From positions 1 to 64,000 of the IMG/VR virus record IMGVR_UViG_3300045125_000071: DNA of 64,000 bases. The stretch is one strand, 5' to 3'. How positions within the stretch are numbered: position 1 is the stretch's first letter; each line of letters opens with the position of its first letter. Of the stretch, positions 12,826 through 22,941 are shown piece after piece. Under the pieces are notes generated by a model. The model made no database searches and was not told the DNA's origin. It saw nothing but the letters and a program-made list of their open reading frames with translations. Both the position numbers and the translations under genes were made by a program.

Positions 12826-12829
12826 AATA

Positions 12830-12836
12830 ATAAATA
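12830..12836 (-). promoter_or_regulatory. TATTTAT late-promoter candidate
   Basis: 4 nt upstream of ATG at 12825. Confidence 0.65.
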
Positions 12837-13628
12837 TTATACCACCATTGATTTATCTTCAATTGGTTTGTAGTGTATAATTTCTATTTTACCATCATCA
12901 TGAATCAATATTGCTGTCATTGATTCGACCCAGTCACCTGAATTTAAATAATGAACATTATCAATAATTCTATCCATTTCTTGGTGAATATGTCCACATA
13001 TTACTCCTTGACATCCATGATATTCGGCCATTTTTGCTGCGGTATTTTCAAAATCATTGACATAGTTTGTGGCGGTCTTTACTTTTTGTTTCAATGGTTT
13101 TGATATTGATTTATATTTAAAACCTCTGAATTTTCTCCATTTATTATATTGCGTATTCATCCATAACGCAATATCATAACCAACACTACCAATTTTTGAT
13201 AACCATTTATATTTTAACATGAAAATATCGATTTCATCGCCATGAAAAACAAAGTATCTTTTATTTTCAAATTTATCTTGGGTAATCCATTTATTAATAT
13301 TTATAACATGATTTTTTACTATTTTTATATTACCCATGTTAAAACCAATGTAGTCATCTAAGAATTCATCATGGTTTCCTCTAACCCATATGACTTCAGT
13401 TGTTTCAGATATTTTCAATAGTTTATTTACAACTTTAGTATGTTTTTTCTTCCATTTTGAACCTCTTTTCAATGCCCATCCATCTATTATATCTCCATTC
13501 AAAATTAAAGTATTACAAGAGGTATTGTCTAAAAATTCTATTATTTCATTTGTCTTTGAATCTCTTGTACCCAAATGTAAATCAGAAATTACAATCATAT
13601 TAACCATTCTATCAGTTTTATAAAACAA
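12837..13628 (-). CDS. metallophosphoesterase of the LpxH2/PlcP (phospholipase C) type
   Basis: All five motifs: ISDLHLG, NGDIIDGW, RGNHDEF, FHGDE, ICGHIH; C-terminal YLNSGDWVESMTA. Confidence 0.85.
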   Translation of the reverse strand: MFYKTDRMVNMIVISDLHLGTRDSKTNEIIEFLDNTSCNTLILNGDIIDGWALKRGSKWKKKHTKVVNKLLKISETTEVIWVRGNHDEFLDDYIGFNMGNIKIVKNHVININKWITQDKFENKRYFVFHGDEIDIFMLKYKWLSKIGSVGYDIALWMNTQYNKWRKFRGFKYKSISKPLKQKVKTATNYVNDFENTAAKMAEYHGCQGVICGHIHQEMDRIIDNVHYLNSGDWVESMTAILIHDDGKIEIIHYKPIEDKSMVV

Positions 13629-13680
13629 ATGGTTAGTAACACCGTACTAACAATTATTAATTCTAAATTTATTTTCCTTT

Positions 13681-14355
13681 TCATGACCAATAATTATGTG
13701 ATTTGTAAAACCAAGATTTATTATTTCTATTAAACCAACTTTTTATGATTAGTACATACATCCACATAACACCTTTTTTATCAAATCGTCTGCCAGATGT
13801 ATATATATACTTTTTAACTAACTTATGTCTATCTTTAAGTATCATCCTACTTAATAACCAATCTTCGGCAACTTTTACGTTTTCGTTAAATTTTCCACAT
13901 TCGATAAATTTTTTTGTTCTCCATAATTGAAATCCACCTATTACAAAAGTCTCTGGTAGTATTTTTTGTAATAAATGAAACCCATTCCATAACCAATCAT
14001 ATTTTTTATCATCACATCGATATATACAAGAAACCAAATCATATTCGTCAATCGATTTTAAACAAGTTTCAATTAACTTTGTATCATATATCATCATATC
14101 CGCATCTAAAAATAAAACGAAAGGGGTTTGACATAAATCAAACCCCTTGTTTCTTGCAATAGATGGCAATCCACCATCGATTATTTTTATATGATTTTTG
14201 TTTTTAACATAATCATGTAATTCAACGTCTTTAATATCTGAAGAATCTGCAATAATTATATCAAAATTTATAGATTGTAATTCTAATAATTTTAAGCATT
14301 TTATAAGTGTATGACCTTCATTTTTTGATGGTATAACAATTGTTAGAATATTCAT
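13681..14355 (-). CDS. family 2 glycosyltransferase (GT-A)
   Basis: IVIPSKNE, IIIADSSD, ARNKG, LFLDADM (DxD), AEDW, TSGRRF. Confidence 0.9.
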   Translation of the reverse strand: MNILTIVIPSKNEGHTLIKCLKLLELQSINFDIIIADSSDIKDVELHDYVKNKNHIKIIDGGLPSIARNKGFDLCQTPFVLFLDADMMIYDTKLIETCLKSIDEYDLVSCIYRCDDKKYDWLWNGFHLLQKILPETFVIGGFQLWRTKKFIECGKFNENVKVAEDWLLSRMILKDRHKLVKKYIYTSGRRFDKKGVMWMYVLIIKSWFNRNNKSWFYKSHNYWS

Positions 14356-14360
14356 CTATT

Positions 14361-14367
14361 ATAAATA
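14361..14367 (-). promoter_or_regulatory. TATTTAT late-promoter candidate for the GT2-phosphoesterase pair
   Basis: 5 nt upstream of ATG at 14355. Confidence 0.65.
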
Positions 14368-14383
14368 TCATATATTTTTTTGT

Positions 14384-17300
14384 TTATATGCGTGTAATTT
14401 CGCAACTTGACCCAGAACAAGCCATTGAACCATATTCTCCAATGTCCTTATATTGTGGTTTATCAAGAATTTCGCCAAAGTTAACTTCCTTGAACTGACG
14501 AGTAACGGTTTCCCACTTGTGGAAAAGATGCACATCCTTCAAGCAATATACCATTTTTCTCATGTCACCCTTAAAGTAATTCTTAGCGAATTTCTTTGCC
14601 CTATCTAACCAATATTTCTTCAATAATACTTGTTCCCTTGTTCCTGTAATTGGTAGAGCATATTCTGTGCCCATATTAATTAAAGTATCACAAGCTAACC
14701 AAAGGTTGTTGTCGAAGTAATGGAGACCATCTACAACCAATCCAGAAGCCAATACAGCGCCTTTTCCATATTCCTCGACAAGTTCTTCGAGGTTAAGTAC
14801 TGAGGTGAATGGTGCTTGGTTAAAATCCTTATCGCCGTAGTCTGACATGAATGATACCGCAGTAAATTCTTCTTTATTATCCCAAATGTAATCTACAATA
14901 ACATCCTTGTCATCAATGATTACAGTGCAACTGGTATTGTGGTTTACAGGATTATATATACATTTTTCTGGATTTGTACCAGCATTAACCCAGTTTTGTT
15001 GGACTAATTTGATAAGTTCAAGGTGTTTAATACCCTTCATATCTTTTTTGAACAACCCTTTTTTAGGGTTCTCAACAGGGACGAATACAACATAATCACT
15101 TTTTGTTTGCGACCAAACACTATCTTCTAATAAGAAGTCCATATTATCAACCAACCATTTAGCAGTATTGGATTCTTTGTTTAATTGCATGACTCTGAAA
15201 TATTTTTCAGAATGTTCTGGATGAATACCAGATGCTGTACCAAGAACTACAGATGCATTACCTGAAGGTTTAACGCAAGTGGTTCTTGCTGCCTGATTAA
15301 TATCAATAACTTCTGCAAGTTCCTTATTTGTTTTCTTAACAATCTCAGCACCTTCTTTAAGAAGTTCGGCGTTGAATAACATCGGATTATTCATCCAACC
15401 AGTTATGCTCACACCAAGCAACGCCTCTCTTGCAAAAATCTTTTCACTAACCTCTCCAAGATATGGGAAACTGTTATATCCCGCCTGAAGTGTACCAAGG
15501 ATTGTCGCGTCTTTACATGCCTTAAAGAATTTCTCTTTTGTTGTACATTTTTCAGCATTAATCTCTGATAGGTTGCATTGTTTAGTTAAAACATTATTAA
15601 ATAACCCTTGATGTTTATATTGTTCTTCAAAACAATATGAATTGTGGAATCCTTCTAATTGTACAATACTATCAATACATTGATATTTACCCTTATATTT
15701 TACTTCACTTGGCTGAAACCTAGTTTTGGTTGACCATAATTCTCCACAATCACTAATTTGAACATACCAAACATCTCTATTTCTTGTTCCAAAGTTTGTT
15801 ACCTCGCCCTTTTTGCTACAAAGATTAACAGTAGAATTTACCCCAATTTTAGTTAATAAAAGTTGTAAATCCCTAATCTTGTTTTCTTCACCATAAATTC
15901 TGGCTTTGTTATTATATGTAATTGTTCCATCGGTATCTATCCAACCAGCAATAAATGCAAGAATTGATTTTTTACTCCAACTAAAAATTTCAGAAGGTAA
16001 ACCATCTTCATATTTTAATTTATGAGATAGTTCCTTATCTAACTTATTAAAAGTAACATTATAATATTCTGTTTCAATTCCATTATAAGATTCTTTTAAT
16101 TTTTTACCAATTGTACCATCAACAAAAGGATATTCATTAGAAAAATTACTTTCATAGACAGAAGCAAAGGGGGTTCTGTATTTATCACCTATCTTAGGAC
16201 AAGTACCATCGCCTAAAACAAAACCATAATCATAAGCATAAATTTCATCGTGACCAAAATCAAAATCATTTACATTACTTCTTGGTACTTGAAGTTTATA
16301 TTTGGTAGTTTTTAGCAATTCAATTAAATCTTTTGTCTCGATTTCTTTAAATTGTTTTTCAAATCTATTTTTAACTAACCATTTATGGTTTTCAGTACAA
16401 TCCAAATATGAACCATCATTTAATTTTACCCTAAAAAGTTTTCTATTTGTACCAGTAAGAATAGGTTTGACTTTTGACCAATTTTCTCCATTCCAAATTT
16501 CAACCTCCCTATTTTCATCAACTACCTTACCAATCATTTCAATTCCATCCTTAGTAATTAATTTTGTTTCATATGAAACACACCCTTGGATACCAAACTT
16601 ATGTTTGTTCACACTCACATAATGCTCAACATCTTCATAGTCGATTTTTGAGAAATCAACCTCATCGAGTATTGGTAATTTCAATATTTCAAAACATGGG
16701 TTGAACATATCAAACCAAGAATTTGCGAATACAAAACCAATATCGTTTGCACCATCGTTTAGTTTAACAAGATAATCAAACTGGTCTTTAGTCACTTTAC
16801 CCCTTAACAAGAGAACCGAATTGTTCGACCTTGCTCTTTGTGGATTTTCTTCTCTCCAATTACCCGTTTTAGCATGAATCATTTCGGTATCATTTGGGTC
16901 AACAATCATATTTAATGCTGACCTTCTAACCCCGCCAGACAATACCGCATCAGATGCATGACAAATGATGTCAAATGCCAAGATTGGCCTGATTTTATTT
17001 CCTTCCTTATCAATCCACCTTTCGATTAATTGTTCGATTTTTTCAAGGGATTGTTTAAGTCCATCGGGACCAGGAGCCTTGAATCCGCCACTAATGAATG
17101 TACCCTTTTCTCTAACTTGTGAATAATCAAATTTAACCTCATATCCTGCATATTCAGGGAATGGTTGGTTGTCAACAAAATATGATGACAAAAGAACGCC
17201 GAGTGAGTCCGCCCAACCTTCAATAGAGTCAGGTACAACAAATGTCTTAGCACCTAAAACCCTTTTCTGAATACGACTAAGATTATTAACAAATGGGATT

Positions 17301-17656
17301 AACAATCCGCCACCAACACCGCAACCAGATAAACCAAGATAAAATATTTCTTGGAATACTCTATTCCTCATTATGTGTGTACTAGTACAGTTATACATCC
17401 TTGTGTTATGTCTCAAAATTTCAGTATGTCTATACTGCAAATTTCTTTGAGATGCTAACACAACCTGGTCTTCCATACTTTCAAGAGCAGATTGTAGATA
17501 TTCTTCAATCTGATAATTAGAGTATTTTTGCCTATGACCATTTATAATGTCTGCACAAGCCTCTTTCCAATTTTCGTACCTTCCAATTTCATCCCTCCAT
17601 TTGAAGTAATCGGAATACAATTTTAAGTCGCTAAGAAATTTCTTACCTTTTTGCAT
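14384..17656 (-). CDS. nrdJ: class II (B12-dependent, monomeric RTPR-type) ribonucleotide reductase with intein
   Basis: YNCT, GGVRRSA, NPCFEI (radical Cys), CNLSEIN, TTCVKPSGNAS, C-terminal ACSGSSCEI; intact 1090-aa ORF. Confidence 0.93.
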   Translation of the reverse strand: MQKGKKFLSDLKLYSDYFKWRDEIGRYENWKEACADIINGHRQKYSNYQIEEYLQSALESMEDQVVLASQRNLQYRHTEILRHNTRMYNCTSTHIMRNRVFQEIFYLGLSGCGVGGGLLIPFVNNLSRIQKRVLGAKTFVVPDSIEGWADSLGVLLSSYFVDNQPFPEYAGYEVKFDYSQVREKGTFISGGFKAPGPDGLKQSLEKIEQLIERWIDKEGNKIRPILAFDIICHASDAVLSGGVRRSALNMIVDPNDTEMIHAKTGNWREENPQRARSNNSVLLLRGKVTKDQFDYLVKLNDGANDIGFVFANSWFDMFNPCFEILKLPILDEVDFSKIDYEDVEHYVSVNKHKFGIQGCVSYETKLITKDGIEMIGKVVDENREVEIWNGENWSKVKPILTGTNRKLFRVKLNDGSYLDCTENHKWLVKNRFEKQFKEIETKDLIELLKTTKYKLQVPRSNVNDFDFGHDEIYAYDYGFVLGDGTCPKIGDKYRTPFASVYESNFSNEYPFVDGTIGKKLKESYNGIETEYYNVTFNKLDKELSHKLKYEDGLPSEIFSWSKKSILAFIAGWIDTDGTITYNNKARIYGEENKIRDLQLLLTKIGVNSTVNLCSKKGEVTNFGTRNRDVWYVQISDCGELWSTKTRFQPSEVKYKGKYQCIDSIVQLEGFHNSYCFEEQYKHQGLFNNVLTKQCNLSEINAEKCTTKEKFFKACKDATILGTLQAGYNSFPYLGEVSEKIFAREALLGVSITGWMNNPMLFNAELLKEGAEIVKKTNKELAEVIDINQAARTTCVKPSGNASVVLGTASGIHPEHSEKYFRVMQLNKESNTAKWLVDNMDFLLEDSVWSQTKSDYVVFVPVENPKKGLFKKDMKGIKHLELIKLVQQNWVNAGTNPEKCIYNPVNHNTSCTVIIDDKDVIVDYIWDNKEEFTAVSFMSDYGDKDFNQAPFTSVLNLEELVEEYGKGAVLASGLVVDGLHYFDNNLWLACDTLINMGTEYALPITGTREQVLLKKYWLDRAKKFAKNYFKGDMRKMVYCLKDVHLFHKWETVTRQFKEVNFGEILDKPQYKDIGEYGSMACSGSSCEITRI
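15578..16582 (-). mobile_element. 335-aa intein with LAGLIDADG endonuclease, ending in Gln
   Basis: GIQG|CVSYETKLIT...CTENHKW...YGFVLGDG...FIAGWIDTDG...YCFEEQYKHQGLFNNVLTKQ|CNL; removal leaves a 755-aa RNR. Confidence 0.92.
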
Positions 17657-17677
17657 TTTTTAGTTTTATTTATTTAT

Positions 17678-19045
17678 TTATTTATTATTTAATTCCTGTC
17701 TTTTAAGAAAGGCTTTCTTTGCCAATTCTTGTTTGTTTTGAACTTGTTGGTTTTCAAAACCAAGTAGTGTATTTTGTGATTCGGTATCTATATCGAGATA
17801 TTCGTTATTAAATTTACAGTTTTGGAATATGATACCATCTTTTCCTACTCTTGATTTAACTAAAGTCATTGTTGCTAAGTTGTGTTCCTTTTGTTCTAGT
17901 GTTTTACCAAGCGATAATATGACATGCGCTATTTGTGCTTTTTTGATTGAACCACCCATTTGGTCTGTACTAACAACTTCAGATGATATTGACTCTCTAT
18001 TGCCTTGGGTTGCTGTCCATATAGCAATTTCGAATTCATCTGTCATCGCCTCAAGTCTTCTCATTATTGAACCCTCACCCTTCCATTCATCACCATTGAT
18101 TGATTTTTCTGGTGCAATACAATCAACATAATCAAGAACAAGTAGGTCTATATTAAAACCATCCGAAATCATTTTTCTGATTTTTGACTTGATTTCAGAA
18201 ATAGATACATCACTACTAGCCAATTTCAATAATTTCAATTGACCAGATGATTGACTCTGTTTTTCTCTTGCAACACTTAAAACCTCTTCTTTATTTTCTG
18301 GCTGGTCATCAGGTGCTACACCACTCCAAATAGTGTAGTGTTTTCTTTTGATATCCCCTGGATTATCTTCAAAAAATATTTGAAGAACATTGTAACCACA
18401 GTTAAATGCTGTATTTGCCATTTTTGTAAGCAAGGTTGTTTTACCAGTACCTGTAGGTGCAAGTACAACCCCCAATTCACCTCTTCCTAAACCACCTTTA
18501 AGCAGATTATCAACCCCAACAATACCTGTCGGTATTGGGTGTCTATAGTCCTTCTGGAGAGCATCTTCCATGTTTTCAAACACATCAGATATCTCATCTT
18601 CTTCAAGACCAACTTGTAAAGCATCATTAAATAAACCTTCAAGTTTTTTGTATTGCTCAAAATCACCACCTTCAATGATTTTTTCCGCAATTTTTATAAC
18701 CCGTTTGAGATTTTGTTGTTTACAGAAATTCATCGCGGTTTCCTGAACATAATCAGGGTTACCATTTAAACCTTTTAATATTTCTAAGGTATCTAAATGG
18801 ATTTTGATGCCGAATCTCCGTTTTCGTTAATAAGTTTTTGTGCTAATGTCACATAATCAGGAATTCTTTCAAATTGAGAATAGAATTCCTTTATATTTTC
18901 CATTATAAATCTAAAGGAAGCATTTTCAAAATACTTACTTTCGATTAACTCGATTATTTGCTCAGCATATTTCCTATCTTCAATGATAGTCTTGATTAAT
19001 GTTTTGTTGAAAATCAAAACCAAGATATCCAAAGTTCTTTTCCAT
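17678..19045 (-). CDS. dnaB: replicative helicase, DnaB / T4 gp41-like (frameshifted)
   Basis: APTGTGKT Walker A, LLVLDYVD Walker B, IWTATQGNR, KSRVG; N-terminal part in 18793-19045. Confidence 0.9.
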
Positions 19046-19049
19046 CTTA

Positions 19050-19506
19050 TCAATTTAATTGTAAATCATGCCCCAAATAATTTGTCTCCAAATCTTTAGA
19101 AGACAGTGTATCTGTCAATGCAGACAACATGTCTTTAAGTTTTGGACGAATATCTACCGTATATCTAACCTTAGGATGATAGAAGTATGCGGGAAATATT
19201 CTTGAAATAAATACGTTGTCATCTTGTTTAATTTCAAGTAAAAAATATTCTTCTTTTTCATCATTTAACATGTTCCACATCTTCATAAGATAACAAAAAA
19301 TTTTGATTTTCACATAAAAAATCGGAACTTTTTATTTTCAAATCTTCTGAAATTTCTTCACAAATATTTTTTACTCTTTCATGAAGATTGATAGAACGCT
19401 TTGATTTTGGATTATGATTTTTTACATTAAAAAATCTTTGACAAATAATATTGCCTTCTAGCGTCAATACAAACTCAAATTTTGTCACATCTTGTTGATT
19501 ACTCAT
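19050..19506 (-). CDS. hypothetical protein of the replication block (two fragments, one indel)
   Basis: ORFs 19261-19506 and 19050-19313 overlap and read as one ~150-aa protein. Confidence 0.6.
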
Positions 19507-20522
19507 GATTTCTAATTTTAATGTTTCTCTTATTTTTTTCTTTTCTGGTTAATCTTAAAAACGGATTTAAAAAATTAACCCAGGCATCGTCTGATTTAGG
19601 TAGGACATTAAATAAACCATCTTCCATCATCATTTTCATGGTATTCTTATATGACCTACCATCTGGGTCTAATTCTTCATTTATTAATGACAATATGTCA
19701 GCTTTAGCCTCTTCAGTTAAGAATGGTTTTTCTAAACTTACAATAGTCTCGTTTACAATGAAAAATTCATCACCTAAAACACCTTCTTTTGTTACGCCAG
19801 TTAGAAGGTTTGCGATTGTTTTATTGTTTTTATCTTGTTCAAAAATGTTGTTTGACTTCTCAATAACTTCCAATACCGAAAGTTTTTTTGTTTTTATTTC
19901 AGGGAAAAACGTTATCATTTTTTGATACCCAAACCCCTTATTCCGTAAATGTTGTCAGACTTGTCACCACATATGATTTTCGCAATTTTTAAGGTTATCA
20001 ACTAAGATTTCTTCTTTGTCATAGGTGATTAGCTCACCATTTTTGATAATTCTACCCTTTGAAGGATTGTACAATATGTACCTTATCAGAAATAAGTTGA
20101 GCCAAATCACCATCGGAAGAATATATTATTACTTCTTCGTTTTTGACATTTTGTGTGTAAAAAGCAATGGAATCGTCTGTTTCACAATATTGGAACTCGC
20201 CTTGTCTAACATAAAGTTCTTCCAAGTATTGTTTTACCCTGGTTCTTTGATAATTGTATGAACTGATTTCTTCCTCTGTTCTTAATCGTCTTGCGTCCTA
20301 TTGACTTTATACTGATGGTATATTTTCTTTCTTGTCATTTGACAATCTTCACCATCCCAAAAAACAACGACTTTATCTAAATCGATATGTTTCAATCGCT
20401 CTTCGGATAGTATTAAGAAAATGAAAAATTGCTCCAATGTGTTTTCCCTTATAAAAATGGTTTTTGAGACCATAGAAACCAATCGTAAGTAAATTGTCAC
20501 CATCAATTAATAAAACAGACAT
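19499..20522 (-). CDS. 5'-3' exonuclease / flap endonuclease (PolI 5'-nuclease, T4 RNase H-like)
   Basis: MSVLLIDGDNL, VVVFWDG, YHQYK..R, GDKSDNIYGIRGLGIK helix-hairpin-helix; frameshifted. Confidence 0.85.
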
Positions 20523-20546
20523 TAATTATTATTACAGAGTTAAAAA

Positions 20547-21534
20547 TCAATCTTCATCTTCTTCGTCAAAAACAACAGTTTCTTTCAATTCAAAATCACC
20601 ACCGCCTAATTTTTGATTCCAAAAATCGGAATATTCTTTTTGTATTGTTCTAACGCCTCTTTCGTATCAGCAATATAACCGTTATGTACAACAATAAGCT
20701 TACCATCTTTGTAACCCAATCCATTTACATGATTTTTTAATACTGAAACTTTTGTTCTAACAGCATATAGAAATCTTCCTTCCGTTTTTAACAGCATCAA
20801 TGTGATTGATTCCAGACTTCTTTTGATTACCGAACAAGAAAACAAGAGCAGATGCCAACCAAATTAGCTTCACCGCCTTTAGCTTTAATTTCTAGGTTGA
20901 CCAAATGGATTATCAGGTAATTCAACCCATGGCTGGTTCACAATAATCATTGTGACGAAATACGGATAGTCCTCTTTCTTCGATTTTGTAATTCGAGCAT
21001 GGATACCCATCCCGATTTTATCTGCCAATGTTGATGCGTTATGCTGCTTACCGCCCTTACCTTCAAAAGTCATTTTACAAGGAATCAGAACCAATTGAAT
21101 CCCAACAAATCTGAATATGCCTTGGTATTTCACCTTTTGCATGTAAATCTAAAATTTCATTGATAAAATCGGTTTAGCTTGTTCAATATAATCAAATGAA
21201 TCGTTGAAAATAAAATCACCAATCCATTCACCATTTTCATCTTGTTCTGCTTGAAAACCAAGTTCAATTGCGTGTTCCCATTTCCATTTTCTTTCGGTGA
21301 TAATGAGGATTGGTAGATGTCCTTTTCTTTGTGCATCAACAGCAGCAAGAATCATTGCTGTTGTCTTTGATGAGTTTGTGTGTCCAAGGAACATATTAAT
21401 ATTGCCCATTACTGGACCTGGAAGACCACAAGCATTACTGAAAGCTTCACCACAATAATAAAAGCTTTCAGGTTTATATTTTGTTTTACTTGAAAACTTG
21501 GATATATAATCAAATTCTTTTTCTTAATTGCCAT
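20547..21534 (-). CDS. recA: RecA/UvsX-like recombinase (frameshifted)
   Basis: GPVMGNINMFLGHTNSSKTT P-loop, IITERKW, MIIVNQPWV, KGGEAIWL-like segment, acidic tail FDEEDED*. Confidence 0.8.
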
Positions 21535-21564
21535 ATATTAATTTTATTAAATTTTAGAGAAAAG

Positions 21565-21614
21565 GAACCCCCACTCATTATTATTGACCAATTAATAATT
21601 CCGAGTGAGGGTTC
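21565..21614 (-). terminator. long hairpin/terminator between ssb and recA
   Basis: GAACCCUCACUC/GAGUGGGGGUUC 12-bp outer stem, AU-rich inner stem, followed by CUUUUCU. Confidence 0.6.
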
Positions 21615-21628
21615 ACTAATTTTAATAA

Positions 21629-22480
21629 TTAGAATGGTAAATCTTCATCAGTATCATCTTCCTCCTGGGGGTCAACTATTGTTGTTGATTTGCTTGCACC
21701 GCCACCAACAATAGTGTCTTCTGAAGTAGAATTAGATACCCATTTCCCAGTCACTGAGTCCCAACGGGGAACTTCACCTTTAGCTACCATTTCAAGGTAA
21801 TCTTTCAGCTTTTCCTTGAATATACATCAGACCAAACAAGTGAATCATCGAGCCATTCTTTAGCAATCGATTCGTCATCATGCAAAGGAGATGGGTCTTC
21901 TGGAAGAATTGAATTAATTGCGGTATATTCTCTTCCGTTTCCAGATTTTGTGAGAGTAAGAATAAGTGTTAAATCCCTACCTTTTTCTGGGTCCATGATA
22001 TTTGCCTTTCTTTTGGAAAATTGGAAAGACCTTATCAAGAATTCCGTCCTGTTTTGCATTATGCTTAAACCTCCAAAACTTTACACCATCTTGCTCATTA
22101 TCCCTATCAATAACCTTAACAATATAAAACTTTCTAGACCTATATTGTTTTGCAAGTTCTTTACTTTGTTCGTCACCTTGCATCATAAGACCTTCCCTAA
22201 CTTCATTTAGAGGTGAACGCTTACCTTCTTGTGCTGGGTCGTAAAGCTTTACCCATTTTCCATCAACTTGAATTTCGTGGAAAAACACTTCTTTGAATGG
22301 TGAAGAACCATCTTTTTGTTGGAAGAATACGAATTCTTCTTTCTTCTCCCTTTGACCCTTTAGGAAGAACAGTTGTAAAATACTTTTTCATCCTGTCCTC
22401 TTGGGACACTGCTGACCTGTTGCCGCTTGCGGCTTGTTTGTTTTTTCGTACTGTGCGAGCACTGCTTCAAATGAACCCAT
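21629..22480 (-). CDS. single-stranded DNA-binding protein, T4 gp32-like (frameshifted)
   Basis: RIRILP, FFHEIQV, KFYIVKVIDRD, FWRF, DPEKGRDL; acidic C-terminus EEDDTDEDLPF*. Confidence 0.8.
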
Positions 22481-22520
22481 AGTTTAAATGTTTAAAATGT
22501 TTGTTATATAGAAAATATAG

Positions 22521-22550
22521 AAAAAAAGTCGGATAAAAAAATCCGACCTT
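22521..22550 (-). terminator. intrinsic terminator
   Basis: GUCGGAU-U6-AUCCGAC followed by U7, just after the ferritin-like gene. Confidence 0.8.
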
Positions 22551-22569
22551 AATTTTTTTGAAAATTTTT

Positions 22570-22941
22570 TTAGTCTTGAGTTAAGAGGTATGCCGTCTTA
22601 TAAACAAGACCAAGCATCTCATCTCTGATGTTTAAAAGATTCGTATCTGATGGGTCTAGTTCACTTGTAAATTGTTCAAGTGCTTGACCAACATTTTTAC
22701 AAAAACTTTTAACATCTATATCTTTTAAATTTTGTATTGTAAAATTTGATGTTTCATCATCTAATACAAATCTTCCGTATTTACCCATATATTGTTCAAC
22801 GTATTCGTCGATTAATGGGTCCAATCCTTCATATAGCATTCCGAATGCACTATGACGTGCATGACCTTTAGTTTGCCAATGACAAACACGAATTTGTGAT
22901 TGTAATGATAAAAAGAAATTAATGTTAGAACCTAGTTTCAT
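22570..22941 (-). CDS. ferritin/Dps-like four-helix protein (DUF5856-like)
   Basis: CHWQTKGHARHSAFGMLYE...DEYVE; NIRDEML..VYKTAYLL. Confidence 0.7.
   Translation of the reverse strand: MKLGSNINFFLSLQSQIRVCHWQTKGHARHSAFGMLYEGLDPLIDEYVEQYMGKYGRFVLDDETSNFTIQNLKDIDVKSFCKNVGQALEQFTSELDPSDTNLLNIRDEMLGLVYKTAYLLTQD

Noticed and set aside
12837-13628. Straight annotation as lipid A enzyme LpxH
   Set aside because: It has GNHD rather than GNRD and is paired with a glycosyltransferase, which fits the LpxH2/PlcP group better; not fully excluded without phylogeny.
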